From: Spirochaetia bacterium | GTDB lineage: Bacteria > Spirochaetota > Spirochaetia > CADAEX01 | DNA: 64,000 bases | Assembly: GCA_963662265.2 (NCBI GenBank) | Contig: CAXXHA010000001.1 | Span: 1-64,000, forward strand | Direction of reading: 5' to 3' | Part shown: one piece after another, positions 38,663-47,707 of the stretch | Layout: each line of letters starts with the position of its first letter | Position numbering within the stretch: the stretch's first letter is position 1 | The notes under the pieces: model-generated | What the model saw: the letters and a program-made list of their open reading frames with translations, nothing else | What the model was told of the DNA's origin: nothing | Database searches by the model: none | Made by a program: the position numbers and the translations under genes

Positions 38663-39433
38663 CTATCTGATTCTTCCCTTCTTGATGGAAGCAACTGTAA
38701 AAAGGCTGTCTTTAACAGGACTGTTGTACCTGATATCTGAAAATTCCATAACAGTTTTATGTTTTTCCTGGATATTCTCCATGACCATTTCCCCGGCTGT
38801 CCAGATACCGTCAATCTGCTCTATCCTTCCGCATGAAAGGACTTTCAAAAGACCGACCCTGTTGTAATATTCAACATGAACAACCATGAAATTATCCCTG
38901 CGGACCCACACCTTCTTGTATGTGTATTCCCCCTTTTCAACTGGAACAGACTTGATTACCCAGCAGTCGCGTCCTTCATAAACATCTTCACTCTCAAGAG
39001 TATGGTTATCTTCATCAACATTACGGTCTCCCATATCATCATAGGTAAAGTCAGTTCCCATGAAATAATCATTGCTGCTTTTCCCGCTGATTCTTCTTTC
39101 CTTCCTGAGGGCCGGCATATAAAGCCACTTATCATCCTCTTTTGAAACATCATCGTATTCCCAGCTCAGGAAACATGTCCCCTTTACATCTTCAGGTTTT
39201 GTAAAATACATGACTTTCTTCGAATCTTTTCCATAATCCTTGCTGTAGGAAATAACATTTCGAACCCTCCTGCTTCCCCTTTTATTGACAAGAGTCATTG
39301 TCATTGAAGAATTACGGGTATCCCCGTCATCTCTTTCATCAACCTGAACCATAATATCTCTGCCTGACAGAGCACCTGCGTAAAAAGAAGCAAACACAGA
39401 TACTGCAGCTATCAGAATAATCCGCTTAAACAT
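38663..39433 (-). CDS. LolA-like outer-membrane lipoprotein-sorting family protein
   Basis: Signal peptide; DDKWLYMPALRKERRI, FMGTDFTYDD. Confidence 0.9.
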   Translation of the reverse strand: MFKRIILIAAVSVFASFYAGALSGRDIMVQVDERDDGDTRNSSMTMTLVNKRGSRRVRNVISYSKDYGKDSKKVMYFTKPEDVKGTCFLSWEYDDVSKEDDKWLYMPALRKERRISGKSSNDYFMGTDFTYDDMGDRNVDEDNHTLESEDVYEGRDCWVIKSVPVEKGEYTYKKVWVRRDNFMVVHVEYYNRVGLLKVLSCGRIEQIDGIWTAGEMVMENIQEKHKTVMEFSDIRYNSPVKDSLFTVASIKKGRIR

Positions 39434-39450
39434 ACAAACCTCCATTTAAT

Positions 39451-39467
39451 AACGAACACAGTTCGTT
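39451..39467. promoter_or_regulatory. Putative TetR operator AACGAAC-ACA-GTTCGTT
   Basis: Perfect inverted repeat between tetR and the LolA-like gene; similar site at 26504-26520. Confidence 0.7.
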
Positions 39468-39486
39468 TTTTGTTCAAAAAAAAATA

Positions 39487-40104
39487 TCAGACAAGCACCT
39501 TATATTTAAAAAGACCTTTCCATCCCCTGTAAGAAAAAGTCATTACTTTCCTGGCTGAATCAACAAACTCATCTCCCTCTGTGCCATGCATCAGGGCCTC
39601 CCTGAAAAACTGTATCCATATTCCGGAAATATTATGCAGAACAAAGCGATCGACACTGATTTCATCAACATTAAAATGAGCTGACATCCACGGTAAAAAA
39701 CCTGCTGTCATATCTGTATACCATTCAGTAATACCATCTATATAATCTTCATATACAGATCCTGCAGAATTAAAAAACAGAAGCTTGAAAATGTTCCTGT
39801 TTTTTTCGACATATTCTATTACAGATGTTATCATTTTCAGATGATCATCAAGATCAGATATCTCTTTAGCAGCCCTGGGACTTTCAAGAAAACTCTTTCC
39901 CTTCTCAATATCAGAAAGAACAGGATTAAGTACAGCCTCAAAGAGTTCATCTTTGCTCCGGAAATAATTATACATGTTCGCAGCTGACACACCGGCCCTT
40001 TTTGCTATTCCCCGGATAGAAGTATGCATATAACCTTTCAGGCAAAACTCATCTTCAGCAGTCTTTAATATAAGATTTTTCACCAGTGTTTTTTTCCTCT
40101 GCAT
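39487..40104 (-). CDS. TetR/AcrR-family regulator (paralog of 25874..26488)
   Basis: GVSAANMYNYFRSKD; shared motifs TEWYTD, RFVxHN and FxRExLMH with the other TetR. Confidence 0.92.
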   Translation of the reverse strand: MQRKKTLVKNLILKTAEDEFCLKGYMHTSIRGIAKRAGVSAANMYNYFRSKDELFEAVLNPVLSDIEKGKSFLESPRAAKEISDLDDHLKMITSVIEYVEKNRNIFKLLFFNSAGSVYEDYIDGITEWYTDMTAGFLPWMSAHFNVDEISVDRFVLHNISGIWIQFFREALMHGTEGDEFVDSARKVMTFSYRGWKGLFKYKVLV

Positions 40105-40267
40105 ACTCCACCCATCTAACTTAATTAGCACTATCTAATTTTATCACCATAATCCAATTATGCCAAGACTGAACAGTGTTTTTTTTAACATTTCATTTCT
40201 TCCGTTTTTTTATGTTGCATGTTTCGACAGTTAACAACCTTGAAAGAAAAATTGAGATACAATAATA

Positions 40268-40961
40268 CTACTTGAGAATATATCTGACTGGAATTTTCAC
40301 AGAAAATGCCGTCAGCAGTTCCTGATGAAAGCTTTGTATCAACAAGCTGTCTCATCACTTTTTCTGCTGATTTTTTCAGAATACTGCTGTCATACGCATC
40401 AATTGAAAAACCCGATATTACCGAGGAACTGTTTATATGAATAATAATTTCAACAGTCCCTGTTATATTTCTTCTTCTGGCTGATGAGGGATAGCGTTTT
40501 TTTTTATTTATAAGTTCTACAAGCTCTGCAATTATTATATTTTTTACATTTACTGATGACTGCTCAGAACTGATTTCTTCTGATACTGCTAACTCAGAAG
40601 AGTCTTCTGCATTCTGACATATTTCTTCTTTATCATTAAATACTTCTTCAGGTTCTTTATCTAAAGGCTCTTCAACTGATGGCTTCTTCTCTACGGGATT
40701 TTTTTTCTCTAATGATTTATCCTCCTTTTTTTTCGGTACCGCAGGTTCAGTCTTTACAGGTTCGGATATCTTATAAACTCTTTTCAGCACTGCAGCAGAA
40801 ATATTTTTTTCTGCTTTTTCATAATACCCAGGTTTATCAGGTTTAAAAATAAAAGGAAAAGCAGATACGGAAATAAGCAGAAATAAAACAGCAGTTACTG
40901 AAATAATACTGCTTTTCCTGTCATACTCATCTCTTTTTCTTTTCTGTAGATATATAGACAT
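40268..40961 (-). CDS. tonB: Energy transducer TonB (frameshift near 40303-40306; start uncertain)
   Basis: TM anchor, Pro/Lys/Glu-rich linker, KRYPSSARRRNITGTV; removing one base gives the typical end ISVKIPVRYILK* at 40268. Confidence 0.8.
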
Positions 40962-41328
40962 TATCCCGGCCTTCTTTCCTTGAACTGTCAATTACTATAA
41001 GAAAACTTTCAAAAGGAGCTTTTTCATCAACATACAGGTTAACAGGTTTCTCCATATCTGTTCTCATAAGCTCAGCAATATTATCTTCTGTATATAAAAC
41101 ACCCTCCGAAGTAATTTTCCCTTCTCGGCTGATTGAAACTGTTACTTCAGCAGTTGATGAACCAGAGACTTCCGCTGTCTCAGAAGCTGGCAGAACTATA
41201 TCAAGCACAGGTTTTGAAAAAGTGGTCGCAACTGCGAAGAAAATAATCAGTATGAATACAGCATCGAGAAGCGGAGTAAGATCAACCCCTCCCTCAAAAT
41301 CATCGTCATGTAAAAAACCGTTATCCAC
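40927..41328 (-). CDS. exbD: Biopolymer transport protein ExbD
   Basis: VDLTPLLDAVFILIIFF. Confidence 0.92.
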   Translation of the reverse strand: MDNGFLHDDDFEGGVDLTPLLDAVFILIIFFAVATTFSKPVLDIVLPASETAEVSGSSTAEVTVSISREGKITSEGVLYTEDNIAELMRTDMEKPVNLYVDEKAPFESFLIVIDSSRKEGRDNVYISTEKKKR

Positions 41329-41921
41329 AGCTGCTTCCCTTTTCTTTTATCCTGCTTGCAATTCTGTAGCTGAACTCAATACAGTCAAGTTTAATCCCTT
41401 TTACCTTGAGCCCAAGGTAATAATAAAAACAGATAGAAGGTATTGCGACTGCAAGTCCCATTATTGTTGTAAGCAGAGCCTCCCATATTCCCGATGCAAG
41501 AAGGGCTGTATCTGCAGCTTCTAGAGAGAGGGAACGGAACATTGACACCATCCCAAGCATTGTCCCCATAAGCCCCATAAGGGGGGGATACAGAGGATAT
41601 AAGCTTGAGAACAACAAGAGCCCTGCCTGTTTTTATAAAATATTTATTAAAAAGATATGCAACTTCAGCCCTCAGATCTCCCGAGTGGTCAATGTGTACA
41701 CCTGCAATATCTTTAAGAACAAGCATTATAGGATTCCTGCATTCAATATCATTATCAAGAATATCTTTTTCATTATTTTCAATCCGGCTGAATTCGCAGT
41801 AAAATCCTCTTTCAACCATTGTGATAAAAACCGTGTTTTTTATAAAAAGATATAAGCTTATAAGTCCGGCAGCAGAAATACAAATTCCCGAAACCCCTGT
41901 TTTCTGGAAGAAATCAATCAT
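41321..41921 (-). CDS. exbB: MotA/TolQ/ExbB proton channel, split by a frameshift at the G7 run 41581-41587
   Basis: The two track ORFs join as KLISSVSPLMGLMGTMLGM...GIWEALLTTIMGLAVAIP if one base is removed. Confidence 0.88.
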
Positions 41922-42124
41922 ATGCCTGCCTCTTTTGAATATGTCATATCCGGTTCAATAATTATTTCATTTTTATATTCAACTTTTAGAATTACCATGA
42001 ATATTAATTTCATTATACCTGGAACCTTTTTCCTTTATATTTTTTAAAACAAAACATAGGCATATTTTACTGCAGAACACTTTGTATTTAACAAATAATT
42101 ATATCCTGATGCGGCATACCTTTA

Positions 42125-42177
42125 ATTAGATATATCTTATCTTTTTAGATAATTCTAACTTTTTTATATTTTGTCAA
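42125..42177 (-). promoter_or_regulatory. exbB promoter region with tandem TTAG-N6-CT(A/T)A boxes and -35 TTGACA
   Basis: Boxes at 42125-42140 and 42144-42159; TGTCAA at 42172-42177. Confidence 0.65.
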
Positions 42178-42284
42178 GAGGATAACATTACATAAAATAC
42201 TTTGCAGCCGATATAATAAGACACGAGTAATTAAGTCCGGAAAAATAATCCTGAATTATAAGGCAATAAAGAATAGCTGATTGC

Positions 42285-42992
42285 CTACTGCTCCTGTTCT
42301 TTTTTTATTATATCTTTGATAATTTTTCTGCTGTCTATATTGTTTCTGCTAATTAAGTAATCTGACGGAGAGTTGCAATATTCATGAATATTATCTGCAA
42401 TTAATGCGGTTATCATTCCTGCCTTTTTTGCACCTTCAATATCATGCTGGATCGAATCGCCAACAAATAAAGTATTCTCCGGATTTGATTTCATTTTCTG
42501 AAGTATATGTTTAAATACTTCAGTATCCGGTTTATAGATTCCTATTTCGCCGGATATTACTATCTCATCAAAGTATTTTACCAGTCCGGATTTCCGTATC
42601 CGGTCCATCTGTTCAGAAACATTATATGCATTAGTTAAAAGGCCTGTTTTGTAATTTCCCTGTAATGACTTCAGAAGATTTTCTACCCCTTCATATGGCC
42701 TGCAGTTATTAATAATACAGCTGCTGTAATTATTCAGATGTTCTTCAGAATACTCTATACCGAACTTCTCCAGAGCTCCTCTTAGCCGGTATTCATGCAT
42801 CTGTTGCGGATCAGCCTTATCTTTCTCTACAAGGGAATGGAATTTCATGATCTCGGAAACAGAAGTTTCTATAAACTCATCCTCGTCTATATCTTCATCA
42901 ATATTCAGGGCAAGCATTCTTAAGGCAAAAATATCTGTATTTATAAAATCCACAAGTGTTCCGTCAAAATCAAAAATTACAGTATCAATCAT
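42285..42992 (-). CDS. HAD-family hydrolase
   Basis: FDFDGTL, LTN, YKPD, VGDSIQHDIEGA. Confidence 0.93.
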   Translation of the reverse strand: MIDTVIFDFDGTLVDFINTDIFALRMLALNIDEDIDEDEFIETSVSEIMKFHSLVEKDKADPQQMHEYRLRGALEKFGIEYSEEHLNNYSSCIINNCRPYEGVENLLKSLQGNYKTGLLTNAYNVSEQMDRIRKSGLVKYFDEIVISGEIGIYKPDTEVFKHILQKMKSNPENTLFVGDSIQHDIEGAKKAGMITALIADNIHEYCNSPSDYLISRNNIDSRKIIKDIIKKEQEQ

Positions 42993-43026
42993 TTATCTAC
43001 ATCCATTTTTTAAAGTGCCGGATTTA

Positions 43027-43887
43027 TTATGTTATCCGGGCAAGGGCCTCTGCCCAAACTTCAAGAACAGCAGGTCTTTCCATAGGCTCAGTATGACAGC
43101 AGTGGGGAAGTGAAAAAACAGCCTGTTTTGCTATGGCCGGGACTTTCAGTATTTCCGGATTTTTTGATGCAAAACAGTTAAGTGCCTTGAGTCCGGGAGA
43201 AGCATCACATGTTAATGCAATCATATCAGGAGCTGCTTCGACAATTCCGGACAATCCCTCTACAACCCGGATAAAATGTGTCTCCTTATTTTCCTGGTCC
43301 GGTTCAATAAATTCCCCGACATTAAGGCATCTTGAAGGATTCAGTATCAGGTCATTGACGCCGCCTGCTTCTTCAACTAAAAGAAATTCCTTATCAAAGC
43401 CATTATTAGTCATTCCAAGAAGTACAAGTACTCTTTTATTCAGCTTTTCCGGAATAAGAGATGATGCTTTTTCAAGGTCTTTATTATATCTGTCAATATA
43501 TACCTGGGCTTTTCTTTCAACTCCAAGAGCTCTGCATGTTTCTTTTACAGAGTTTTCAACACCTTGAGTAAAATCTACAATCTCAACATCAAATCCCAGC
43601 TCTCTGATAAAATCCGCCCCCTTTGATGCATCAATTTCATCCTCATTATTATTTCTTTCCAGGAGAACTCTGCTTATCCCCATCTTTTTTGCGGTTCCGA
43701 AAAAAGCCTTGCTTTCAGCCCCGAGAACACAGGCTGTACACTCAATCTGGCGGGAAACAGGCATTTTTATTTCTATCATAGGAGTATGGGCTGTAGCCAT
43801 GAGACTGGGATGAAATCCCAGGAAACGGGCTGTATCAACAAGACGGTCTCCCAGAAGTGCTGTATTTATAAATTCTATTTTTTTCAC
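43027..43887 (-). CDS. Metal-chelate substrate-binding-protein-like protein without an obvious signal peptide
   Basis: GDRLVD, RVLVLLG, PDMIAL, VPAIAKQAVFSLP resemble the helical-backbone SBP fold; GTG at 43887 with AAGGAG RBS. Confidence 0.6.
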   Translation of the reverse strand: MKKIEFINTALLGDRLVDTARFLGFHPSLMATAHTPMIEIKMPVSRQIECTACVLGAESKAFFGTAKKMGISRVLLERNNNEDEIDASKGADFIRELGFDVEIVDFTQGVENSVKETCRALGVERKAQVYIDRYNKDLEKASSLIPEKLNKRVLVLLGMTNNGFDKEFLLVEEAGGVNDLILNPSRCLNVGEFIEPDQENKETHFIRVVEGLSGIVEAAPDMIALTCDASPGLKALNCFASKNPEILKVPAIAKQAVFSLPHCCHTEPMERPAVLEVWAEALARIT

Positions 43888-43965
43888 AATTTTTCTCCTT
43901 ATATATTCAGACAGATGCTGTCTGTTTTCAATCAACAATCACCTGCAGAGCAGGCAGCTTTTGCT

Positions 43966-45591
43966 TCAGTAAAGCAGCTGTGTTTCTGCTTCAAAAATAT
44001 CAGCAGACTCAGCCAGTGTTCTTACATATTCATCATCCGGATTGTGAAATACCTCATCAACAGATCCGGCAGAAACAGCCTTGCCGTTTTTCATTACTAT
44101 TACATTGTGGCAGAAATTCTTCACAAGCTTCATATCATGCGTAATAAACATATAGCTGAGATCAAATTCAGACTGAAGCTTCGAAAGAAGCTCAAGAATT
44201 GTATACTGAAGCTGACTGTCTAGAGATGAGGTCGGTTCATCCAGAATAAGAAGCCGGGGTCTCATAACCAGCGCTCTTGCAATCGCAACCCTCTGCCTCT
44301 GTCCGCCGGAAAGCTCATGCGGCCACCTCATTGTATATGAATTATCAAGACCGACACAATCAAGCATATTGATGACAGTCTCATTCAGCTCTTTCCGGCT
44401 AAGGTGTGATTTTTTCGCAAGAGGACCTTCCATGATTATGTCGCCCACTGTCATCCTGGGATTAAGGCTTGCAAAAGGATCCTGAAATACGACCTGCATA
44501 GACTGTCTCAGACCGGATAATTCCTTATTATTAAGAGTCTTAAGCTCATTCCCGCTTACAAGTATTTTTCCTTCAAAAGGAAGTAATCCCAAAACTGCTT
44601 TTGCAAGAGTTGTCTTCCCGCTGCCTGATTCTCCCACAATTCCAAGCCGCTCCCCTCTCATAAGTTTTAATGAAAGATTATCAACAGCTTTTATCTCTCC
44701 CCTGGATTTCCTGAAAAGTGATTTTTTCATAAAGAAACTCACAGACAGATTTTCTACATCAAGGACAGTAGATGAACCTGAAAACGGCATCCTGCTTACA
44801 GGAGTCATGCTTAGGAGAGTTTTTGTATAGGGATGCTGCGGATCTTCAAGAACAGACCGGCAGCTGCCGCTTTCAACAACCTTTCCTTTTTCCATAACAT
44901 AGACAGTCTCAGCAATCCTGGCAACTGCCCGTAAATCATGACTTATCATCAGCACTGAAATATTCATGTTTTTCTGAAGATATTTCAGCAGCTTGAGAAT
45001 CTGGTTTGCAACAACAACATCAAGAGCAGTAGTAGGCTCATCAGCTATTACAAGTTCAGGATCATTAGCAAGCGCCATTGCAATCATAACCCGCTGCCTC
45101 TGTCCGCCGGAAAGCTGATGAGGATATGAAGCAAGCCTTTCCTCTGCCCGGTTAATTCCAACAAGCTCAAGAAGCTCAATAACTCTCTCCTTAAGTTTGC
45201 CGGGAGTTATTTTCCTGTGTACAGTAACAGCTTCAGATATCTGTTTTTCAACATTATGAAGAGGATTAAGACTGTTCATCGGCTCCTGGAAAATCATAGA
45301 AACCTTTCTGCCTCTTATCTCTCTCAGCATAGGATCATGCTGAATAATACGCTCACCATCAAAGATCACAGATCCTGACTTAACTTTTGCAACTTTGGGA
45401 AGAAGTCCCAGGACAGATCTTGCTGTAAGACTCTTACCTGAACCGGATTCTCCGACCAGTGCCGCGGTTTCACCCTTATCCAGAATCAGGGAGACATTAT
45501 CAACAGGTTTGACAACATCAGCTTTTCCGTTATCCGAAGGAGTCTCTATCTCTATACAGAGTTTTTCAATTTCAAGAAGAGCTCTTTTCAT
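43966..45591 (-). CDS. yejF: Dual-NBD peptide ABC ATPase, YejF-like
   Basis: Two GESGSGK motifs, FQEPMNSLNPLH, YPHQLSGGQRQR. Confidence 0.88.
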   Translation of the reverse strand: MKRALLEIEKLCIEIETPSDNGKADVVKPVDNVSLILDKGETAALVGESGSGKSLTARSVLGLLPKVAKVKSGSVIFDGERIIQHDPMLREIRGRKVSMIFQEPMNSLNPLHNVEKQISEAVTVHRKITPGKLKERVIELLELVGINRAEERLASYPHQLSGGQRQRVMIAMALANDPELVIADEPTTALDVVVANQILKLLKYLQKNMNISVLMISHDLRAVARIAETVYVMEKGKVVESGSCRSVLEDPQHPYTKTLLSMTPVSRMPFSGSSTVLDVENLSVSFFMKKSLFRKSRGEIKAVDNLSLKLMRGERLGIVGESGSGKTTLAKAVLGLLPFEGKILVSGNELKTLNNKELSGLRQSMQVVFQDPFASLNPRMTVGDIIMEGPLAKKSHLSRKELNETVINMLDCVGLDNSYTMRWPHELSGGQRQRVAIARALVMRPRLLILDEPTSSLDSQLQYTILELLSKLQSEFDLSYMFITHDMKLVKNFCHNVIVMKNGKAVSAGSVDEVFHNPDDEYVRTLAESADIFEAETQLLY

Positions 45592-46640
45592 CTTATTTCC
45601 TCACTGTACGGATCGATAGCATCTCTTATCCCTTCTCCGATAAAAATAAGAAATATCAGCTGAAGAGCAAGGACTGCAAATGCTGAAAGCCCTATCCAGG
45701 GAGCAGAAAGATACGCCTTCCCCTGAGCAAGAAGATCACCGAGTGACGGGGTGCCTGAAGGAAGCCCCAGCCCGAGAAAATCAAGAGATGAGAGTGATAC
45801 AATTGAACCGTTAACAACAAACGGAAGATATGTAACAGCTGCAACAACAGCATTTGGAAGAATATGCCTTATTATAATATTCCAGTCGCTTACTCCAAGA
45901 ACGCGGGCAGCTGTGACATATTCCATATTACGGCACCTGAGGAATTCCGCCCTCACTACTCCGACTAGCCCCATCCAGCTGAAGAGCAGCATTATTCCGA
46001 GAAGCATGAAGAATCCCGGAACTATAAAGCTTGAAAGAATAATAAGTATATAAGTTACCGGGATTCCTCCCCAGATCTCAATAAACCTCTGCCCTGCAAT
46101 ATCTACCCAGCCGCCCCTGTATCCGAGAAAAGCACCAACCAGTATTCCAACAACTGAAGATACAGCAGCAAGACATAATCCGAAAAAAACAGAAACCCTG
46201 TAACCGTATAATATTCTGGCAAATATATCTCTTCCCGATTCATCAGTGCCTAATATGTTTTCGAATGACGGAGGAGAGGGAAAAGGCCCTGCAGCTTCAA
46301 GATTGATTGTGTCATAGCTGAACCTTACAGGAGGCCAGATCATCCATCCTTTTTTATTAATAAGCTCCCTTACAAATGGATCCCTGTATTCCGCTTCTGT
46401 CTGGAAAACACCGCCGAAATAGCTTTCTGAATATTCATGTAAAGCAGGAAAAAGGATTTCCCCCTCAAAAGCTATTATAAGAGGGCGGTCATTTGCTATC
46501 AGTTCTGAAAAGAGAGAAAAAACAAAAAGAAATGCAAATATGTAAAAAGAGATCATTCCGCGGCGGTTTCGGGAAAATGACTGAATGCGTCTCTTCATCA
46601 TGCCTGCAGGTCTGAACCCTTTGCGTCTGTACTTAATCAT
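45588..46640 (-). CDS. yejE: Peptide ABC permease, YejE-like
   Basis: SELIANDRPL, WPPVRFSYDTIN, LGTDESGRD, LDFLGLGLP. Confidence 0.9.
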   Translation of the reverse strand: MIKYRRKGFRPAGMMKRRIQSFSRNRRGMISFYIFAFLFVFSLFSELIANDRPLIIAFEGEILFPALHEYSESYFGGVFQTEAEYRDPFVRELINKKGWMIWPPVRFSYDTINLEAAGPFPSPPSFENILGTDESGRDIFARILYGYRVSVFFGLCLAAVSSVVGILVGAFLGYRGGWVDIAGQRFIEIWGGIPVTYILIILSSFIVPGFFMLLGIMLLFSWMGLVGVVRAEFLRCRNMEYVTAARVLGVSDWNIIIRHILPNAVVAAVTYLPFVVNGSIVSLSSLDFLGLGLPSGTPSLGDLLAQGKAYLSAPWIGLSAFAVLALQLIFLIFIGEGIRDAIDPYSEEIR

Positions 46641-47707
46641 TATTTAATCCTGGATTCAAATGTTATTCTGGGATCAATTAGGGAATATGTAATATCGCTG
46701 ATAATCTGCATTCCAAGTCCAATAAGAGTTGAAATATAAAGATTTCCGAACATTACAGGAAAATCCCTCTGAACAGTTGCCTCAAATCCCATCAGACCCA
46801 GACCGTCAAGAGAAAACATTATCTCGATCATCATTGCGCCTGTAAAGAAAATACCGATAAAAGCAGCAGGAAATCCCGATATAACAATAAGCATTGCGTT
46901 ACGGAATACATGATGAAAAAGCACCTTTATCTCTGTTACCCCTTTTGCACGGGCTGTAACAACATAAAGCTTCCCAAGTTCATCAAGAAAACAGTTACGG
47001 GTCAGAAGAGTTAATCCTGCAAATCCTCCAACTGTCAATGCTGCCACAGGAAGAGTTATATGCCACAGGTAATCAAGGATACGTTTAAAAAAGGGAAGTT
47101 CTGATGCCCCCGGCGATGCAAGGCCCCTCAGAGGAAAAAGCTGAAGCCCGTCGCCCCCTGCAAATACTATTATAAGGAGCATTGCTGTTAGAAATGACGG
47201 AACTGCAGATGCTGTAACAACAATAAAAGAACTGTATGAATCGAAAGGAGTTCCTCTCTTTACAGCTTTCGCAATACCCAGCGGTATTGATATGCAGTAT
47301 ATAAGAAGAGTTGACCATAATCCAAGAGAAACAGAAACCGGTATTTTTTCCCGTATAAGTTCTATAACAGTCCTGTCCCGGAAAAAACTGTCTCCGAGAT
47401 CAAAACAGATATAGCTTTTAATCATCTGCAGATAACGCACATAAATCGGCTTGTCAAATCCGTAATAATGTTCAATTTCCTTAATCAGTTCAGGATCGAT
47501 TCCCTCTGCAGACTTTGACCTGTCGACAGTTTCCTCAGTCTGTCCTGTTGCTCTTTCCATATACCCGTTTGATTCTCCCTGCATACGGGCAATCATTGAT
47601 TCTACAGGTCCGCCGGGAGCAAGCTGAACAACAAAAAAATTTACAGTAAGTATTCCGATCAGTGTGGGGACTGCAAATGCCAGTCTTTTAGCTAAATAAC
47701 GGCGCAT
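46640..47707 (-). CDS. yejB: Peptide ABC permease, YejB-like
   Basis: VQLAPGGPVE, YGFDKP, DLGDSFFRD, IDPRITFE. Confidence 0.9.
   Translation of the reverse strand: MRRYLAKRLAFAVPTLIGILTVNFFVVQLAPGGPVESMIARMQGESNGYMERATGQTEETVDRSKSAEGIDPELIKEIEHYYGFDKPIYVRYLQMIKSYICFDLGDSFFRDRTVIELIREKIPVSVSLGLWSTLLIYCISIPLGIAKAVKRGTPFDSYSSFIVVTASAVPSFLTAMLLIIVFAGGDGLQLFPLRGLASPGASELPFFKRILDYLWHITLPVAALTVGGFAGLTLLTRNCFLDELGKLYVVTARAKGVTEIKVLFHHVFRNAMLIVISGFPAAFIGIFFTGAMMIEIMFSLDGLGLMGFEATVQRDFPVMFGNLYISTLIGLGMQIISDITYSLIDPRITFESRIK

Noticed and set aside
42193-42213. Sigma28 promoter (TAAA...GCCGATAT)
   Set aside because: Spacing is too short and there is no downstream plus-strand gene
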